A DNA stretch of 64,000 nt, taken from Lingula anatina (taxonomy: Eukaryota; Animalia; Brachiopoda). This document shows, one piece after another, positions 59,901 through 64,000 of the stretch. The notes beneath the pieces were generated by a model. That model was not told the DNA's origin. It did no database searches and worked only from the letters and a program-made list of their open reading frames with translations. The position numbers were made by a program, and so were the translations under genes. Every line of letters begins with the position of its first letter. Position 1 is the first letter of the stretch. The stretch spans positions 10,602,001 through 10,666,000 of the forward strand of contig CM120641.1 in NCBI GenBank assembly GCA_051362555.1, written 5' to 3'.

Positions 59901-62900
59901 CCAAGGCCCAGAGGTACATGCTAGGTGGCGTGGAGCAGTTGATTGGTAATGTGTACAGAGATCAGTTGATGCCCAAAGTTTGTGGTATTCTGAAGGCACT
60001 CTATGATCTAGACATTGTGGATGAAGAGGTCATTCAGGAATGGGGAAACAAGGTAGAGATTTATTTCATGGAAGAAAAAGGTTTTATAAGATATGTGATA
60101 ATAGACGGAAATGTTTTGTAGTTTTATGAAATCACAATGTTGAATTAATTTGATTGCTCAGAAACAACAAATGTGCAAATATTTTTGATGTTGTTAATCT
60201 GAGTTGATTAGGTTTCATTAAATCATTCAAGTAAATGTGTGTATGGTTGTGCATGATTTGCAACTTTTCTTTGTTTGTTACTTAAGGCTTATGGTGACTT
60301 TTATTAAGGTTCTCGAATTTTTTTACTTATCTTTATAGGTGTCTAAGAAATATGTTTCTAAGGCAGTAGCCCAGGATATCCACAATGCTGCAACCCCATT
60401 CCTAAAGTGGCTGAAGGAAGCTGAGGAGGAGGAGAGTGATGAGGAGGAAGAGGAGGAAGAAGACCTAGAAGTAAATACATGTTCTTTATGTAGTAATTGT
60501 ACCACCAGCGTAGGTGCTGGCGGTACACATGGTTTTAGTCCCGACCCGTATGTTCCGCCGGCTCCTGCGGCTCCGCCGGCTCCTGCAGCTCCGCCGGCTC
60601 CTGCGGCTCCGCCGCCAAGTCACCGTTACCGCTTCTCCTCCTAGACGGTAAGGGCCTCCATACCCATCTCTTGGATTTAGGTCACCTATAATCTCAACTC
60701 GTTCCACGTAAAATTTGGGCTTTGTCGGTATTGGGGTCTAGGTGTGGCACTCATTGCAATGCACCCTTGTCCAAAAATGGCAAAATTAAATGCTAATTAT
60801 CTCCCCTACGGAAGGAATTATGGGAAAAATTTCTACAGACAGCTTTCCAAAAGTCATATGTGTAGATTTCATATATGCCCTTGGATTTGACCTTTGACCT
60901 TTATTTCAAGGTCAAACAGGCCAAAATTTTCAAAAAAACAAAATTTTTGCCGAAAAAAAAATTATTTGCGGCCTTATTCAGATACCACACAGACTTAACT
61001 AATAATATTAATGGAAAGTGTTACCCTTCGGGTCATCTTTCATCTCCGTGAATTTGGGGTCAATCGGTGCATTTTCACGGGAGTAGCGGCCATAAGATAT
61101 CGAAACTTAAAACTGTCTCTAATTTGGGAACCGTTAATGCTAGACACCCATTCTTTTTTGCATTTTGTAGAGCATGTAAAGCCCAACACTGGAGGTGGTC
61201 TCCGTTTTTTTGTATTCCATACCGTTTTCGAGTTACGCTGTATCAAAAAGTACATATTGGTGGTGAAAGCAAAATGTGCAGTACGGTAATGGATAATAAA
61301 TTTTGAACTCCGAAAAAATAAAACATAAGCCTTGGCAAAGCAGACAACTTGTGGTCAAAAATGACATTATTTCATCAAATTTGAACATCTGGAACTTCAG
61401 AGCACCTCCCATTTCAAGAATTTTGACCAAAATGACCTTTTCTTTATTTTAATTAATTTTTTCTGTAGGAAATTTATGGCACATTATTGTAACTCCAAAA
61501 TTATAACATTTAGTCCCTGATATCTCCAAAACTGGCAGAGATAGGTCCATAGTTACTATTGAAGTTGAATAGGAAGTCATATACTGGCAATCTAAATGTG
61601 ACCTTAAAATTGACCTTTGACCTACTTTTCACCATGAGCTGAACTTTGCAAATTTTGCTTCCCTTTTATCTCCAAAACTGGCAGAGATAGGTCCATAGTT
61701 TCTATTGAACTTGAATAGGAAGTCATATACTGGCAATCTAAATGTGACCTTAAAATTGACCTTTGACCTACTTTTCACCATGAACTGAAGTTTGCAAATT
61801 TTGCTTCCCTTTTATCTCCAAAACTGGCAGAGATAGGTCCATAGTTACTATTGAAGTTGAATAGGAAGTCATATACTGGCAATCTAAATGTGACCTTAAA
61901 ATTGACCTTTGACCTACTTTTCACCATGAACTGAACTTTGCAAATTTTGCTTCCCTTTTATCTCCAAAACTGGCAGAGATAGGTCCATAGTCTCTATTGA
62001 ACTTGAATAGGAAGTCATATACTGGCAATCTACATGTGACCTTAAAATTGACCTTTGACCTACTTTTCACCATGAATTGAACTTTGCAAATTTTGCTTCC
62101 CTTTTATCTCCAAAACTGGCAGAGATAGGTCCATAGTTACTATTGAAGTTGAACAGGAAGTCATATACTGGCAATCTAAATGTGACCTTAAAATTGACCT
62201 TTGACCTACATTTCCCCATGAACTGAACTTTGCAAATTTTGCTTCCCTTTTATCTCCAAAACTGGCAGAGATAGGTCCATAGTCTCTATTGAAGTTGAAT
62301 AGGAAGTCATATACTGGCAATCTAAAAGTTACCTTAAAATTGACCTTTGACCTACTTTTCACCATGAACTGAACTTTGCATATTTTGCTTCTCCTTTATC
62401 TCCAAAACTGGCAGAGATAGGTCCATAGGTCCATAGTTACTATTGAACGTGAATAGGAAGTCATATACTGGCAATCTAAGTGTGACTTTGAAATTGACCT
62501 TTGACCTACTTATTATCATGAACTGAACTCTGCTAATTTCTTTTTCTTTTAACTCCAAACCTGGCAGAGATAGGCCCATAGTTACTATTGAAGTTGAATA
62601 GGAAGTCATATACTGGCAATTTACTGTGACCTTGGAATTGACCTTTGACCTACCTTACAATGAACTTAACTTTGATTGTACCATTTGTAGTTATATATAT
62701 ATTTTTTGCATATTTTGAAAATTCTTGTTGATTGCATTTTTACAGCTTGGCAAGCACAAGACTGGTGGCTGTGTTCCTTATTTTGTATATGTGGGGGTCT
62801 ATATGAATGCGCTTGCTCCAGCTGGTGGTACAATATTCGGAGGCGGTATCGCCTCTCTGATCCTCTAGTTTTTGGGGTGTTTGAAAAAAATTACTTGTTT

Positions 62901-63167
62901 TTCAGTGTACAACATACAGGGTTTTTGTAACATACAAGTTCTGTAAAAATGGAGATATCTCTTTTATGGAGATATTTTTGAAATCAGTGCCGGTAACATC
63001 TTGCTTTATTCAAATTATACCATTTTGGTTTCTAACATGTTAATATGCATGTTTTTTAGATCGAGTATTCCAACAAGGCCCCGGCTGGTCAACTGAAGAC
63101 TGAGACCCAAGTTTCGAAGGAGGAAGAAGAAGAGGAGGATGATGATCTGGATATTGATGCCATTTAG
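56889..63167 (+). CDS. EIF5: Eukaryotic translation initiation factor 5 (456 aa)
   Basis: Exons 56889-56960 ([24 protein letters not shown]), 57697-57778 ([10 protein letters not shown]), 57935-58107 (CPECENPET), 58402-58518 (CSACG), 58734-58928, 59065-59226, 59418-59579, 59885-60052, 60339-60470 ([14 protein letters not shown]), 63060-63167 (DDDLDIDAI*). All GT-AG and in frame. Confidence 0.97.
60496..62868 (+). mobile_element. Non-autonomous Helentron/HINE (DINE-1/pearl-like) element in the last eIF5 intron
   Basis: 5' subTIR attgtaccaccagc (60496-60509) with adjacent internal IR gctggcggtaca (60516-60527); perfect 3' subTIR gctggtggtacaat (62821-62834); 3' hairpin gaggcg-gtat-cgcctc (62840-62855); ends ctag followed by a T-run; 18-bp GC minisatellite 60555-60615 and a central satellite array. 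Confidence 0.8.
61521..62670. repeat. Tandem array of about 7.8 copies of a 146-bp satellite monomer
   Basis: Unit starts (tatctccaaaactggcagagatagg) at 61521, 61667, 61813, 61959, 62105, 62251, 62397 and 62550; unit 7 has an 8-bp internal duplication. Confidence 0.95.
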
Positions 63168-64000
63168 AGATTTGGCTTATGACTCATAATTTGGTGAATT
63201 AGCCTCCAGAACTTTTCCTAGTGCCTATGTATTATGTTACATAAACATGCCTTTCAGATTAGTATGTATTTTAAGGAAAAGCTGGGTTGTACTGATCATT
63301 TCAGTAATGACAGATTTAACTTTCTTTAATTTTAAGTGCAAATGCATTATTACATAGCTTGAATGACTAAATCTTGCTTCATATACATGAATTTAGATGG
63401 TGATTATATTTGACATTTCCTATGATGGGTGTATTAATAAAGTATTCAATAACATGTCTTAGTGGTGCAGTTTTTTTTTTGGGGGGGGGGGGGATAAAAA
63501 CAGTTAGCACTTATAGAGAGGTTTTCAGTCTGCAAAGGCATTTCAACATCAATTTTGATAAGATGAGAACTTGTATCAGCAACCAGACTGAAATGATGGC
63601 AAGTGTTTAAATGAAAAGTACTAAAACCACCCCATCCACATATACCAGACATGGAAAAGAAAACCATACTTGAGAAGAGTGAAAATTCTTTTAGACACCA
63701 CATACATGCTGCTGATTTTTCTTTTTTATAAGAATTTGGAAAACCTGCCATATATCTTGCACAGATGCTATTGAATCTGTTTCTTTGATTTTTTAAATTC
63801 ATTATTTTTGATTTTGGTAAATATTGTTACAAACTTTTTTGGAGCTGGATATTCACCAGCTTTACTGTCTAGTTGATATGTTTTAGGTAACAGCTTCATG
63901 TTGTGCTCTCTACTGAGCTCTTTCTCCGTTTACTCCATGCATGTCACCACACTCCTCTATAGTTCAATGCTTCTTTCATACCACCTGGGTACAGCTAAAT

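Noticed and set aside
61521-62670. Regular repeat array that might be mistaken for CRISPR, and ORFs 62060-62365 / 62352-62609
   Set aside because: Units are contiguous near-identical monomers with no unique spacers, in a eukaryotic intron; the ORFs are by-products of the repeat.

Overview
AT-rich, intron-containing animal genomic DNA, most likely a mollusc or other lophotrochozoan; the kinesin light chain is very close to the squid protein as I recall it. The window holds four spliced genes: a kinectin/ribosome-binding protein 1 (p180)-like ER coiled-coil gene (minus, CDS 1057-19593), enolase-phosphatase E1 (plus, 20769-25251), kinesin light chain (minus, 28159 to at least 43845, with alternative first coding exons up to 51594) and eIF5 (plus, 56889-63167). 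They form two head-to-head pairs joined tail-to-tail. Most interesting: (i) an array of 11 duplicated phase-0 cassette exons in the kinectin-like rod, four of them exactly 156 nt, with a dense strand-specific Rbfox-motif cluster; (ii) a candidate C-terminal cassette exon encoding an Atg8/LC3-interacting (SEWEIV) motif; (iii) KLC with mutually exclusive TPR2 exons, a candidate 12-nt neural-type microexon, several candidate phase-2 first exons (one with an N-myristoylation consensus) and alternative C-termini; (iv) a spliced weak-context uORF overlapping the eIF5 start (known autoregulation design); (v) an ENOPH1 with intact HAD catalytic residues but a remodelled cap and an acidic tail; (vi) a Helentron/HINE-like element carrying about 8 copies of a 146-bp satellite, plus several foldback elements. 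All exon models were read by eye from splice consensus and reading frame and have no transcript support.
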